This document shows, piece after piece, positions 36,210-52,434 of a stretch of 64,000 nucleotides of DNA (position 1 is the first letter of the stretch; the number at the start of each line of letters is the position of its first letter). This stretch comes from Chrysomallon squamiferum (lineage: Eukaryota > Animalia > Mollusca). The position numbers and the translations under genes are program-made. The notes under the pieces are model-generated. The model was not told the DNA's origin, searched no databases, and saw only the letters and a program-made list of their open reading frames with translations. The stretch spans positions 16,988,001-17,052,000 of the forward strand of contig CM022676.1 in NCBI GenBank assembly GCA_012295275.1. Direction: 5' to 3'.

Positions 36210-37979
36210 GTGTTGTAGATACGTTCATTCATTCCTACATATACACATATACGTACAGACATGCGTAGGTTAAACATTGGAAAACCCTAGCTAAATTCAG
36301 GAAATGAAATTATATAACAATTATTCACTATTATTGATCTTTTTTTAAAATCAAAACAGCTGATTAAACACACGTTTTGCTTTTCATACCAAAACGTTGT
36401 TGCACAAATCCGTTTTATATCAGGTTTATTACTTGAATTATGTTTACTTCAAGACAATGTAATATACAGTGCATGTTTGTATAGTGTTTTATGTTCTAAA
36501 ATTATAGTGTTTTTCTTTCAATTAACTGATACTGTACAGCATATAATTGCGATAAATCTGTAAAATTGTGATTACACTATGTTTGGTTTGATATTCTAAT
36601 TAATCTATGTACATTAAGTTTGTGATTAACCTCTGTCTACTAAACTTCTACAAGTGTCTTGTGAAACTGTGACTTAACTGTGTTTAGTAAAATTCGAATT
36701 AATCTATGTTCATTAAAATTGTGAATGAACTGTATCTAGTGAAACTGTTATTAATCTGTGTAGTAAACTGCAAAGGGCTGTGGCTATTATATTGTGATTA
36801 AATTTTGTCCAGTAAAATTCTAATTAGTCTTTGTTTAGTAAAATTGTGAATAATATATGTCTAGTAAAACTGTTATTAAACTATGCCCAGTAAGATTCTA
36901 ATTAAACTATATCTAGTAAAATTGTGATTAATTTGTTTCTGGTAGAAACAGTGTATGACATTTATGTTTTGTAGAAACAAATAAGTTAGGTCTTTGACAT
37001 GTTATCTAACTGATGACAATGATTTATAATGATCATGTGAAACTAGAGCCCAGAACAAGAATTGTTGAAATACCACTTATTTATTATCCACAGAACACAA
37101 AACAGATGAAAATACGTTTACAGTCTTATTATTTGTTGTCATAACAAAATACAATAAAAATAATACTCAGTCATGAACATTATAACATATTTCTTTTCGC
37201 TACTTATAACAACAGTTGTGTAATCTCATTTGTCACATTAACTTGCCTTTAGCAGCAATATGTCCTAAGCATTCCAACAACAGTCAAATTCACGAGGTTT
37301 ACTGCTTTTTATATCTATCGCAAGGCTATCGTATTCAAGTCGGTGGTATTTAAATATTACGTTACTTAGCGGACGTCAAAGAAATCAACTAAACACTGAC
37401 TTACATCCGAACTAGTACGTCAATTAAATCACTGGTCAAAACCAGTCTATATAATGTTATTCCATTAATTTAGTATAATCAGTTATACATCACACAGACA
37501 CCTGTATGTCGTATTTGTCTACATAATGATCTATGACATCATTTAAAAAAAAAAAAAAATTAAGTGCGCTTTATATATAATACTATATATATATAGATCT
37601 TAAAGTAGCAAAGATTGAAATTAGGAAGAAATAACCTACCTTTATTAGTAAAAATCAGAAAATAAAATAAATAAACTAGACACTAACTATATGTAACTAT
37701 TACAATGAGTAATGACATAGAATTCTGTACATTTTGTTCACTGTATGCTGAAGTATGCTTAGGAGTGCAACACTTTCAATGAAGATATAACCATAACATA
37801 TAACTAGATAAATATCTTTATGAAATAAACACATAAAATATAACTATAGAACCAGATCGAGAAAAAAACTGAAGTTATAGCACTAGAATATATAAAGATG
37901 TGCAATGTTATATATTTAAAATCTATTTATTTTATTTATTTATTTATTTATTTATTTTTTTTTTTTTTTTATTTCAATA

Positions 37980-40700
37980 GGTCTTTCGCTTTCGTCTGAA
38001 AATATGTTGCAGTCTCATCCAATAAGTTACATAAACGGTATTTCAACATGAACGTGTAAACATATTTTTGATATTAAACAAATTATTGTTTGAAAATATA
38101 TCTGGATTCGTCTGATAGACCGTTTCTCGCATCATCGCTTTTAAATACATAATGACATTCATCAACAAATTTGTCAAAATTACAAATATCTTCTCTTTTG
38201 TCTTACAATATTAAACCAGATTTAACAGCAAGTTTAACATCAGAGTTCTAATTTTACATAAGACATGAACATTCTCTTGAACACTGCTCTTCTCTAGAGC
38301 GATTGTTTTTCAGTGTCTTCCCTTTTTAGCGACGTGTGTTAAAGCGTTTTACTGACATGAGTTACATCGTAAAGAAAGCGGAAATTGACGGATAATTACA
38401 ATAGACTTGATAATGAAGAGTGGTGTTCCAGAAAATTCCAGATTTCTTTACACTTTTATCTTGTGCTTAGTGCTCCAAAGTAAGCGCTTCAAAAATCATC
38501 GGTATAGCAATGATCGCTTCAGAATATGAGAACCCGTTTGACAAAGCTATAAGAATTGTCTAATTTCAATACATTCTTAATTAATATAATTTGTAATGAA
38601 TACACTTTGACAACATTTCAGGTTTTCCATATTTGCAGATATCGATGATGTAATATTTTGGATACCGTTTGAAGTAACCATTTTATGAAAATTGTGTTAT
38701 GTCCACATGTATTTTTAACGAACGTTCAAACTATTTTTCATAAATATGTTCCAAAAATAAAGACAACATGCATTAAATAATATAATTATGAGGAAATCTT
38801 GTTTTGACTTTGCAAATTAGGTTCCCCAAAATGTTATTATTCTTATTTTTATAGAAATATGAAGGTGATATCGTCACAGTTCACCATAAATCATAGAACC
38901 AGGGGTACATTTATTAACACTTAATAACTACTTATACAATTTCAAATGGAGTTTCTCTATTAAACGTATACTTATAAAACACCGTAATTCCACAAGAAAA
39001 TTGGTTGCATTAGTTTATCAAATAAATCAAGTACACAATCGATGGAGAAACTATTCTGATGGTGTTAAGCTTTCATTGGTTTGTTATTTACCTTTGTTAT
39101 GTACGTTGTAAGTGAATAGACTTTTTTTTTGTATGTCTATGTCCATCTATAGTTATCAGTGATATGAATATTTTCTCCATAGAACTAACACATATAAACA
39201 CGAAGTTTTCTCCGTTTATAGAGAATCATTATTTTACTTTTGTGAAAAATATTAAGATTATGCTGTAAAGCATCGGATGATTTTGCTAATAGTATTGTAA
39301 TGTCAGCATATAGTAGAATAAAAGCTTAAAATAAACATTACATTTTTCTTTGTTAAAATGTATTCTGGTACACTTGTCTTACTGTCTATAAGAAACTCCT
39401 CTAAGTAATGTAGAAAACAAAAATACCTACAGATTTTCTCCTTGCCTGACACCGATTTCAGAATCAGATAACAAACCGTTCGCTGAATTTCTTGCATTAG
39501 TATTTTATTGGATATTTACTAAAATATTAAAACGTTTCCTATTTTTACCAGATCTAATTAACTTATTCCGTAGTCAAGTTCTACAAACACTATGAAAACA
39601 TATCAAAAGCCTTCTCATAATCTATAAAAGCAAAATATACTTTCTTATTTTTATTATTTTATTTCATTTTACTATTTTTTGATTTAGTTGTTATTATTCT
39701 TAATTTATTTACATTTGTTTATTAAAATAATTAGAGACTATAAAGACAATACGTGGTGCGCTATGGATAAATGTTTACGAAAAACATCTATGTACTTATT
39801 TAATTTAGAATTCAGTACAGATTCAAATAATTTACCTAAAGAGATTGATAATGTAACAGGTCTATAGATTTCTCGGTCTCTTCTGGCACTTTTATTCTTA
39901 TATACTGGTTTAACGCGTCCCATCAACCAACTAGATGTTACAGTTGATGTTCGAAGAATAACGTTAAACAATAGAACATGTAAAGGTAACATAATATTAA
40001 CAGTATATATTAATATATTCATAAGTAATAAAGTCTTCTCCGGCTGGTTGATCACTGCTCTAGATATTTCGTCGGCTGAAAAAGGGTTGTTCAAAATATC
40101 ATTAGTGCTTTCTTGGTTTTGAGTGTGCAATTTTCATCAACGCTACAATTAAAGGTTTTGAAAAAAAAAAATCAATTCACACATCTACTTCTGACAGTCA
40201 ATGTTTATTGCTGTTAAGAGCTGACCAGTACTCTATTGGATTTGACGTTTTTTTATCATTTTCATTTTACATTTAATAGATAGTTTATGTTCCCTAATTG
40301 ATCTATTTAGCGTTTGTTTGAATTGATTCTCTTTGTACTTCAAGTTAGCTTTCAGTATACCTCTACCATATTGTTTATATCTTTGTCTCTCTTCCCTGAC
40401 CTATTTTTAGCAGTTTTGCAAGCTCTGTTAAACCAGACCTGATTATAATGATGCTTATTGTAATATAGGTTGGTTTCTTTCCAAACGTATCTTTAGCTGC
40501 ATTTCTAAATATTACATTTATATCTGAGACTATATCATTTATAAATTCAGAATAAACGTTCGCAGACTTGTAGTTTTGTAAGTTTTGTGATATTTCATTT
40601 AATAAATACTTCCGATGTTGCTTTTTTTAAGTTATAACAAAATTCTTGCTTTTTTCATTACATCATTTCCCTGGAACTTCCTTTGAGCCTTCTCAGGTAT
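37980..40700 (-). mobile_element. Decayed LINE reverse transcriptase (3' part also at ~53990-54830, +)
   Basis: ORF 39738..40130 reads LNNPFSADEISRAV...W..G.VKPVYKNK....YRPVTLS.SLGKLFESVLN, followed by AFIDYEKAFD..LRNKL, which are non-LTR RT motifs. Confidence 0.8.
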
Positions 40701-42771
40701 TGGTTACTTTGTTTTCAGGATGTATTCGTGTTCGCATTTAGGACTATGGACATTTAATAAGAATCAAGAAAATGGCAAAATGTTCTACTAAAGACAAGTA
40801 TATTCCCAGCACATCTATCTTCATCTAGTGTTCCAGAAATGAAAAACATAATATATCTAGAGAAATCAAGGAGAATACGACCATAGTTATTTTTCTTTTT
40901 TTATCCTTTGATACTCGTTGTTTTAACATATTTAAATATGTTGATAAAATGGTCCAGATGAACGCATTTTCATAAACTATAGGGTTAAAGTTAATATTAT
41001 CTGTTATTTTCTTCTTTTTTTTTCTTTTTTTCAAAATGTAGAAAAGAAATATTATGCACAATCCTGCAAAGAATAATTCTTGAGCATGAGGAATAAACTG
41101 TAATCTTTACTAAAATTTGTTTTTTCTGTCTCCATCTCTTTCTCTGTCGCTAGATAGTGTTTTATCGTTCAAGGTATATACAACACTCAAAGACTCAATA
41201 CAATGGTAGGAGTGTTAATTAAAATAAAAATATAATATGAACTGATATTAGATAATATTATAGGTTGCATATTATTATATATTACTTTAATTTTATTTAC
41301 ATATTTGTCTTCTTGTTATGCAAGTTCATGCGCTTTACAATTTACAATTTACTTAAAGATAATTTTAAAATGCTATTCCCCTCTCCCCCTACCTCCGAAT
41401 ACTTCAGTATACTGGTCTTAGTGTTTGACTATTAAATATATTGTAAAGTGTCTGTTTGTTTGTTATGAAGGGTAGATACAAATCTTGTGTCACTGATACA
41501 GGATACACACTCAGGTATACTGGGTGTTATTTACGAGGATCAAACCTTAAACAGGATCTACTGTTTCAATAGGTTAGAGCAAGACAGATTATTCTAAGTC
41601 ACTGTCATACGTATAAGCTGCTTTGTGTGTATGAGTGTGTCTGCAAATTTCTGTTTATGTGTGCCTGCATATATTTGCGTAAATATCTGTATATGTCTGT
41701 ATGTATAACCTTATTTCTTGACTTACAGATTGTTACAACAAGAATGTTGAAACACAAATCCTGTAATCACATGATACCTCCATTGTTTCTGCCAGAAGCT
41801 ATCAAGCTGTAACATGAGCTTTGCCACTGATAGAATATCAGAGACCCCTGCACCTGTAAAACATCACCGTGACAGAAAGCAAGTGAGGCTGTGTTTAAAA
41901 AAAAATAAAAATAAAAAAAAATAATGAAAAAATGAAAACCTGACAGCTATATAATTGGGATGAAGAATTTCTAGATATATTTCACATCCATTCTGAGTTA
42001 TAATTATCATTTAGCAAAAATCAGTAATCCACTCATAATCATATTACTCATTTAGTATGAGCAAAATATATTTTCATTATATCTTTGACGCAAGAAAGGA
42101 TATGATTATACTAAAAATAAAATGTATATAGTATATAATTGCTAAGACATGTTGATAACATTGATTCACACTGCGCTGTTGTGTTGATAAATGGTTGCGT
42201 ATTGTTGTTACCAATTGTGTTATTCTAAGTAATATCTGTAATAATAGAATACTTTGATAGTCGATGAATCAACTATTTTTAAGTGTTTTGTACCAGAGAC
42301 ACTAAAGATATTTATTTCTCAAATTCCCAATTCGATGAAGAATTTATCCAAACTGGTTGAATCAGTACAGATGTTCCTACCAGAATATTCTGTAATTGAA
42401 CATACGAATATGTAAATCGTTGTTCAGATAATCGCACACACACACACACGCGCACTCAAAGAAACAGAAAAAACATACAATCGCATTTAGAAACTTTCAG
42501 CTTCGCTTTCTGAAGTATACATAATGATAAACAAGTTTGAATAAATAAATATAGACAGAGAAATAGAGACATAGATAAATAGACAGACAGACCGACAGAC
42601 AGTCAGACAGACAGACAGACAGGTAAATACAGTTAGATATACAGACAGTCGGACAAAAAAAAGATTTTGTTCACTGTTCTTGATAATAATACTTTTTTTT
42701 ATGATTTCATCAGTGTGATACGTTCCACTTCAGCTACTAGTAACAAACAGGTGTACGATTACCAAATAAAC

Positions 42772-42830
42772 TGCGTCAGTCAACGTGCAGTGTATATAAA
42801 GCTAGCAATAAGCATCTGAATTAAAGTAGT
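42772..42830 (+). promoter_or_regulatory. Candidate core promoter (CRE-like TGCGTCA, TATA box)
   Basis: TGCGTCA at 42772-42778 and TATATAAA at 42793-42800, about 80 nt before the leader ATG. Both are conserved in the inverted copy ~52510-52540. Confidence 0.55.
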
Positions 42831-42876
42831 AGTGTTTGATGGAGAGAGACTGATGTAGACAGTTCTTAATTAAGAA

Positions 42877-42934
42877 ATGTATTTCTTTCCGTGTATCTGG
42901 ATCTATTCATTTGTTATACCTACAGTTATTTCAG
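42877..42934 (+). CDS. Signal-peptide (leader) exon of receptor B1'
   Basis: ATG..MYFFPCIWIYSFVIPTVIS G|gtatgt, with a phase-1 donor matching the phase-1 exon 46688-46777. The copy at 52377-52434 differs by 2 synonymous and 1 conservative change. Confidence 0.65.
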
Positions 42935-44163
42935 GTATGTCATAATTTTGTTTATGTATATAGTTATTAAGAGTGAAATACCCAACAATAATACTAATAA
43001 AATTACATACAGAAAGTAAATTCTCAATTAACTCTAAATATCCTACACTCGTAAACCTTTATATTTGTTTCAAAAGATCGAATCACACAAAAATTCTAAG
43101 AACGTTTTTGTTTGAATTTATTAACCACGTCATTTCTCTGTATTATTGATCATTTTATTTGGTATACAAGATGATATTGTCATAACGATTTCACATTTTG
43201 AATATTAGTTTAATATTATTTGCCCTCGAATTTTGATATTTTGGGCAGAATTGGGCTTGACTACCAGTTTTTTCAGACTCTGATATCTTTTTAATTAGCG
43301 CTTCAATTTTGATGAAACTATATCACTGGAAAATTAATTTAGTAAGAATCCTGAATAGCTGCAAGTAAATTTTGATATAATTTCACGTTTTGTTTGATCT
43401 TGAATCTGACGTGAATTCGAAACGACCTTAAATCAAAATTAAATTCTAAGATGTCACCTAAAACATATAAAAACAGTTTGGTATAAAAGACTGGCTGTCT
43501 CAGTACCAGTAGTAAACTATTGCTGCCTGAATTGATCAACAAACTTTCACTTCTTAAAAAATCTTAGGTATACACTGCCCGAAAATTGCCCGTCAGTACG
43601 TAGACATTTTAAAATTAGTTTGAATATAATATCATCCATTTCTCTCAGAATATTTCGATTGTATATATATATATACACAAGGGAGCGGAACAACTGAAAC
43701 CATCTTTTAGACTCAGAATAACTGTCATTATCCAATATTGTATCAATATTGTTGTTGTTGTTGTTGTTGTTATTATTATTATTAATGTTATTGTTATAGT
43801 TGCTGTGTTGTTGCTGTTGCTTTTATCATTTTTATTGTTACTGAAAAGTTACTATTATTTATCTTCTAACGAATTTTGATAAACGCATGTCATATGGTAA
43901 AGAGCAAGTCATCAAACAAGCATGCAACCAAAAAAAACAAAACAAAAAAACAAAAAAGAATCTATGAAATAAATAAGTAAATAAATAAATAAAATGAAAA
44001 AATAAAATATAATAAAATAAAATGAAATGAAATAAATAAACATATCAGAAGAGGAATTAGGAACTGAAATCTTGACCTGTTCGTACTTAGTTAATAATTA
44101 TGTTAGTGTTTTAGAGATTATAATGAACGCAAGTGCATAAACTGACACTGTAATGTAACACAG

Positions 44164-46347
44164 CTATTTAAAACGTGTCTCTAGAAGATCGTCCATTGTC
44201 GGGAAAGCCGAGAATTGCCGACAGGTAGAGGAAAAAAGTACGCACTGTTTCTTGTAGTCATCCCACTCTCTTAAAATAGGACACGACTGGTAACTCGCGT
44301 TTCCATGGTTACAGTCGACGTACATGGAGCACGTGTGGCAGTGCTGATACAGACCGTGTAGTCGTTGCCCGTCGTAAATGCAGCTAACGGTGCATCTCGG
44401 TTGCTGTTGCTGATGTGTATTAGCCGTAGACGGAGTAGATGTTACTTGAGTCGGTTTCTCAGAATTCATTTCTAGATTTTCGAATTGTGAAAGCGATTGC
44501 CGACTCTCTTGGAAATTGAAAAAATATTTATCGAAAGGATGTCCCAGCGACAACAAATCTTCATTCAGTTGTTTATGCATGTCGTTCAGGTCGTTGTGAC
44601 TGACGTCGTCGCTGGGAAGTTTTATAGCGGACATTAGGTCGTCATTATCCTTGGAGTTAAAAGCAACCGGTTTCCCGCCAAAGTAGAGCGGTATACGAGG
44701 CTGAGAAAACGTCTCAAACTTGATTGGCTGAGCGCTGTCAAAACGAGGATAAGAAAACTGTTTTTCTTGCAAGTTATCAACGTAATTGTTTATGTCAGAA
44801 GTCAGGATGGAGGCTGGGTTGATCTCACGTCGAGGCAGAGTTGTGCTGGATGAAGTCGTACTACTTCTAATCGGACTGTCTGTGACGACATATGTGCTGT
44901 AGCTATTGGTGACTTCATTTTGGTGTTGATTATTTATATCATTATTTTTATTCTTGTTAGTGGGTATCTCTTTTTCTTTCTGTTTACCTCTGACGTCATT
45001 TTCCTTCTGGTAACCTGTGAATTTTTCAATGGGCTTACTAGTGACGTAATTTTCACTTAAGTTGTTTCTGGCGTCATTTTCATTCAGGCTACTCGTGACA
45101 TCATTTTGAGTGTGGCTACTTGTGACGTCATTTTCATTCTTGTAGTTCGTGACGTCACTTTCAGTCGGACTCTTGGTGATGTCATTCTCATATTCATTAT
45201 TTATCGAGTTATTTGTAATATAATTCTCATTCTCTGTACCTTCATGTGTTGTGACGTCATTTTCATTCGCCTTACTTTCTAAAGGGTGAATGGACTGGTC
45301 CGGGAAAAAGTAGGAGAACTTGTATTCGGAACCATCAGTTTGAGTTATCGACGCTTTCTTCGCTTTTCTCAGATCTGCAGAAATCATCTTCTCTGCATCT
45401 GTCTGTGTCCTAAGAGACGAAATAAAACAGTTTAGCATACAACCTATTTTGTGATTTCTGTGATGCCTCTAACTTCTTACAACAACAATGAACACTAAAA
45501 CGACTACTTCAACAACAACAACAACAACGAGAATGTAAACACGAAACTGTTATATTTACAGATAAATTAATTAAAAACTGTATTTAAGTTAGCACAGTAA
45601 TGACTCACCCACAGTTTGCCTTCTCCTTGCTGACACATCTGCCGGTGGTGACGTCGTAGTAAACGTCATCAAGAGATGTCGCAGGACAGCTGACGACAGC
45701 GTAGTTTCCTTTGAAGCAAACGACAAACTGGGTGCAGTCGGTGCAGTCGGGATGTTGCGTGTTGTGTCCGATCATGCAATCAGAACGTCGTGAACACGTG
45801 CTGTTCACTAAACAAACCAAAACAACAGATACACAAAACAAACAAACAAACAAACAAATAATACAACAAAAATAAAATAAACAACCACAGATAAACAAAG
45901 AAACAAAACAACAGATAAACAATTTAAACAAACAAAACAAAACAACAACAGATAAACAAACAAAACAACAACAGATAAACAATTTAAACAAACTGCAGAT
46001 AAAGAAACAAACAAACAAAACAACAACAGATAAACAATTTAAATAAGGGATAATCTGTGAAGATTTATTCTTTTACATATATAACCTAAATATATACGTG
46101 CGTCCGTGCGTGCGTGTGTGTGTGTGCGTGTGTGTGTTTTTCTATGGATGGGTGGGTATAATATATGTGGGTGTTTAGACATTTTGTACTAAATTATAAA
46201 AATAAACAAACAAACAAACAAACAAACAAACAGGAGATTAGAAAACGTGAGTTGATCAAGCACTTACATTTAAATGGCGTTTGACTCCAGCAAGATGAGA
46301 AAGAAACTGTTACTATGGCAACAAAAAAACACTGCTGAAAGAGCCAT
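44164..46347 (-). CDS. Secreted chitin-binding protein with two CBM14/peritrophin-A-like domains and an Asn/Thr/Ser/Glu-rich repeat linker
   Basis: Exon 46268-46347 is the signal peptide. Exon 45609-45807 reads CSRRSDC..HPDCTDCTQFVVC..VVSCP..YYDVTTGRCV..ANC. Exon 44164-45409 has ENDVT-type 12-aa repeats and a C-terminal CTVSC..GLYQHCHTCSMYVDC..YQSCP..EWDDYKKQC....STC. Intron phases 1 and 2 are consistent. Confidence 0.85.
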
Positions 46348-46687
46348 CTGTAATTAAATAAAAATACATATGGGCACATATACATATACATACATAGACA
46401 TACATACATACATATATACATATTATATATACATACACATACATACACACATACATACATATTACATATATATACATATACATACATAGATACATTCAGA
46501 CATACATACATATACACATACAAATGCATAAACATTCAAACAAATCGTTACGTAAATGAATATTTAATAAGTAATTAAAAAAAAAAAAAAAAAAAAAACG
46601 CACACAAATAAATAAGAACAGATTTTCAGTATTCACAGGTACTAACTAGCAAATTATATTTACATATTGAGAATCAGTTCTTTTCAG

Positions 46688-46777
46688 GGTTACAAACACA
46701 GGATAATAAGATTAACGTAACAGAGGCAGCAACAACAACAACAACGTCGACTCTGTTAGAAACATCTGGCTCAAGAA
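46688..46777 (+). CDS. Thr-rich (mucin-like) 90-nt exon of receptor B1'
   Basis: ttttcag|GLQTQDNKINVTEAATTTTTSTLLETSGSR|gtaatg, phase 1-1. Conserved as an isolated island at 62603-62692 (-). Confidence 0.6.
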
Positions 46778-47969
46778 GTAATGTACCTAATTTGTTTATG
46801 TATCTTTCTCTTTGTAAATCACTGTTTCACGATATCTCTCTACATTATATATAAATACATACACACAAGTTTATAAATGTATATTTTCAAAAACAGGCAC
46901 AAACACAATTACGGATTGTTATTATTAAATCATTTTTGCTTATGGATTTTGGCTCATCGGCTGCAACAAGTATTTACACAACAAAAGTATTAGGGAGGAG
47001 AACATCCATTCATTCGGAGACAGCTGCTTCGAAAGTTGAACAAAAGATACACCAATCATGCATCAAGTCACACATCCATTATTCACAGATCAGTTTATAC
47101 AAACATATACTGCCAGATTTTCAACTAATATAAATTTAGAAAAAAATGACGAACGACAAAGAACGGCGTGCTTCGTATGAAGCGATGTTCACCTTCAGTT
47201 ACTGAAGAACTTTTACAACACTTGTCTTGATGGCCGAGTGGATTCCGAACTGGTGCAATGCTCAGCAGCTTCTGACTTTTCTCACGTCGAGACTAAACTT
47301 CGTCCTCCTGTGTCAGTACGTTCTCCAGTAGTGTGTATATGCAGAGTCTAAAGAGACGTTCATAAGACACAGAATATTCTATCCTAAGTACATACGTATT
47401 TTAAACATATACGACCACAAATACAAAAGACAAATGCACGTACCAGTTCTATAACAGATTCGGTATCTTTGCTACCAAAATTATACTTTGGAATTTTTCT
47501 CTAAATTACGTTACCGAAATAAATTGTATTTGTCAGTTTTACAAGTTAAACACTTCAACCACCTGCACATTGTTCAATACACAACTGTCAACTAGTGTTT
47601 TCTGCGTTCAGAAAAAAACAACGAACTAATTGTATTAATTATTAGTTAACATGTTCAGGTCGGATCATCTGTGGTATCTGTAAATCTAGAGAGTCAGCAC
47701 TAAATGGAAGCGATTAGTGTATTAATTATAAGTTAACCTTTCAATTAAAAATAAAAATAAACATGATTGTTGGTATTAAGGTTTGAAATCAACTATATCA
47801 AAAAGAAAATAATAATAATAACAATGATAATTAAGTGAATTGTGTAATTATCATGATTTTAAAAATGTGCCTTTAGAAATGTTATTAAAGTTCAAAACTA
47901 ATACACACACAGAGGCATACATATACACAGACACGCAGACAAAAACATAGACACACATGAATATAATAA

Positions 47970-50435
<2,466 letters not shown>

Positions 50436-51278
50436 GTAATGTTAAATGACTACAGGTGAATACAGTTTAAATTGTTTGGTACCTGTGTGGATGCATGTAT
50501 GTCCTCTTTCACAGCAGTGATTACACATTTCAGTCCTTACACGAGTATATTTATTATGCAAATGAAAGGTTAACATTCTCCTGATAAAACATCCTATGCT
50601 GTTTCAATGTAAAACACATTATAACGTCCACAATTCAGAGGTTCAATGATCGGTGAATCTCTAAATGTAAGCAGTTCCCGATTGATGTCTGATGATGATC
50701 AAGGGTGAGATGACATATCTCTGGTCAAGGGAATACTAGGCCGCCGTGGTCAGTTGTGTTAACGAAATTTTGCACTGTTTTCAAGGCATCTTAAATGTAC
50801 TGATTCATTAATACATTTGTCTCTGATGTGAGAAAAAGGCTGACAGATCAAAAATGTGTTACACTAGATTCCGTGATAACCATATTCTCTATTGGTGATC
50901 TACTAATAGGAATTCTTTATGATATGATGTTTGCTACTTTGAAACTCGAAGTTTGAGCACCGAGTTCCCTTTAAGAGAAAGACCGAAGAGATCCATCACT
51001 AGCTAGATCGTGGTTTTCTATTTAGATAACTCGTCTGACTTGTAGTTGAATCCAGAATCTATAAACGTCATGTCAAATTTATCTGTTAATGTTCCTATCT
51101 TTCTAGCAAAGAGTAAGTGTATTATTTGTGTGTATGTGTACGATGTCTGTCTGTATGATATCTATATATGCTCTCTATTTTGTGTATTTTATGTTATCAT
51201 CCAACAATCCACAATTACATTGTTCGGCAATTTCTTTTTAATTAACTTCAAAGTTTATTTCCTATTATATTATTACTA

Positions 51279-51311
<33 letters not shown>

Positions 51312-52037
51312 AATATATAGAGAGAGAGGGATAGATAGATAGTTAGATAGAGAGATAGATAAATCATTTTACTCTTAATTGTAAGAAGGCTTTTGCTTTT
51401 CATACAAAAACGTAGTTAGAGAAATTTTTTTTAAATGTGGTTTATTACTTGTATTGTGTTTACTTCACGACAATGTAATATACAGTGCATGTTTGTGTAG
51501 TATTTTGTATTCTAAAATTACAGTGTTTTTCTTTCAATTAACTGATACTGTACAGCATATAATTGCGAGAAATCTGTAAAATTGTGATTACACTATGTTT
51601 GGTTTCATATTCTAATTAATCTTTATATATTAAATTTGTGATTAACCTCTGTGTACTAAACTGCTACTTACTCTATGTCTTGTGAAATTGTGACTTAACT
51701 GTGTTTAGTAAAATTCTAGTTACTCTATGTCCATTAAAATTGAGAATGAACTACATCTAGTGAAATTGTTATTAATCTGTCTAGTAAATTGTAAAGATCT
51801 GTGGCTATTTCATTGTGATTACATTTTGTCCAGTAAAATTCTAATTAGTCTTTGTTTAGTAAAATTGTGAATAATATATGCCTAGTAAAACTGTTATTAA
51901 ACTATGCCTAGTAAGATTCTGATTAAACTATATGAAGTAAATTTCTGATTAATTTGTTTCTGGTAGAAACAGCGTATGACATTTATGTTTTGTACAAACA
52001 AATAAGTTAGATCTTTGACATGTTATCTAACTGATAT

Positions 52038-52053
52038 AATACGTAACTGAACG
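52038..52053 (-). other. Partial ONT adapter remnant (artefact)
   Basis: AATACGTAACTGAACG starts within a few bases of where homology to ~29503 stops, 17 nt before the gap. Confidence 0.85.
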
Positions 52054-52376
52054 GTAAGCACAACAAATAGNNNNNNNNNNNNNNNNNNNNNNNNNNNNNN
52101 NNNNNNNNNNNNNNNNNNNNNNNNNNNNNNNNNNNNNNNNNNNNNNNNNNNNNNNNNNNNNNNNNNNNNNNNNNNNNNNNNNNNNNNNNNNNNNNNNNNN
52201 NNNNNNNNNNNNNNNNNNNNNNNNNNNNNNNNNNNNNNNNNNNNNNNNNNNNNNNNNNNNNNNNNNNNNNACTAGAGTTAATTGAGAATTTACTTTGTGT
52301 ATGTAATTTTATTAGTATTATTGTTCGGTATTTCACTCTTAATAACTATATATAAATAAACACAATTATGACATAC

Positions 52377-52434
52377 CTGAAATAACTGTAGGTATAACAA
52401 ATGAATAAATCCAGATGCACGGAAAGAAAAACAT
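52377..52434 (-). CDS. Leader exon, second copy
   Basis: MFFFPCIWIYSFVIPTVIS G|gtatgt with an upstream TATATAAA. Confidence 0.6.

Noticed and set aside
41775-41855. Isolated AG/GT-bounded open segment on the minus strand
   Set aside because: No recognisable domain, and the donor is deleted in the copy near 53560.
43040-43700. Possible non-autonomous DNA transposon
   Set aside because: No terminal inverted repeats or target-site duplication could be identified by eye.
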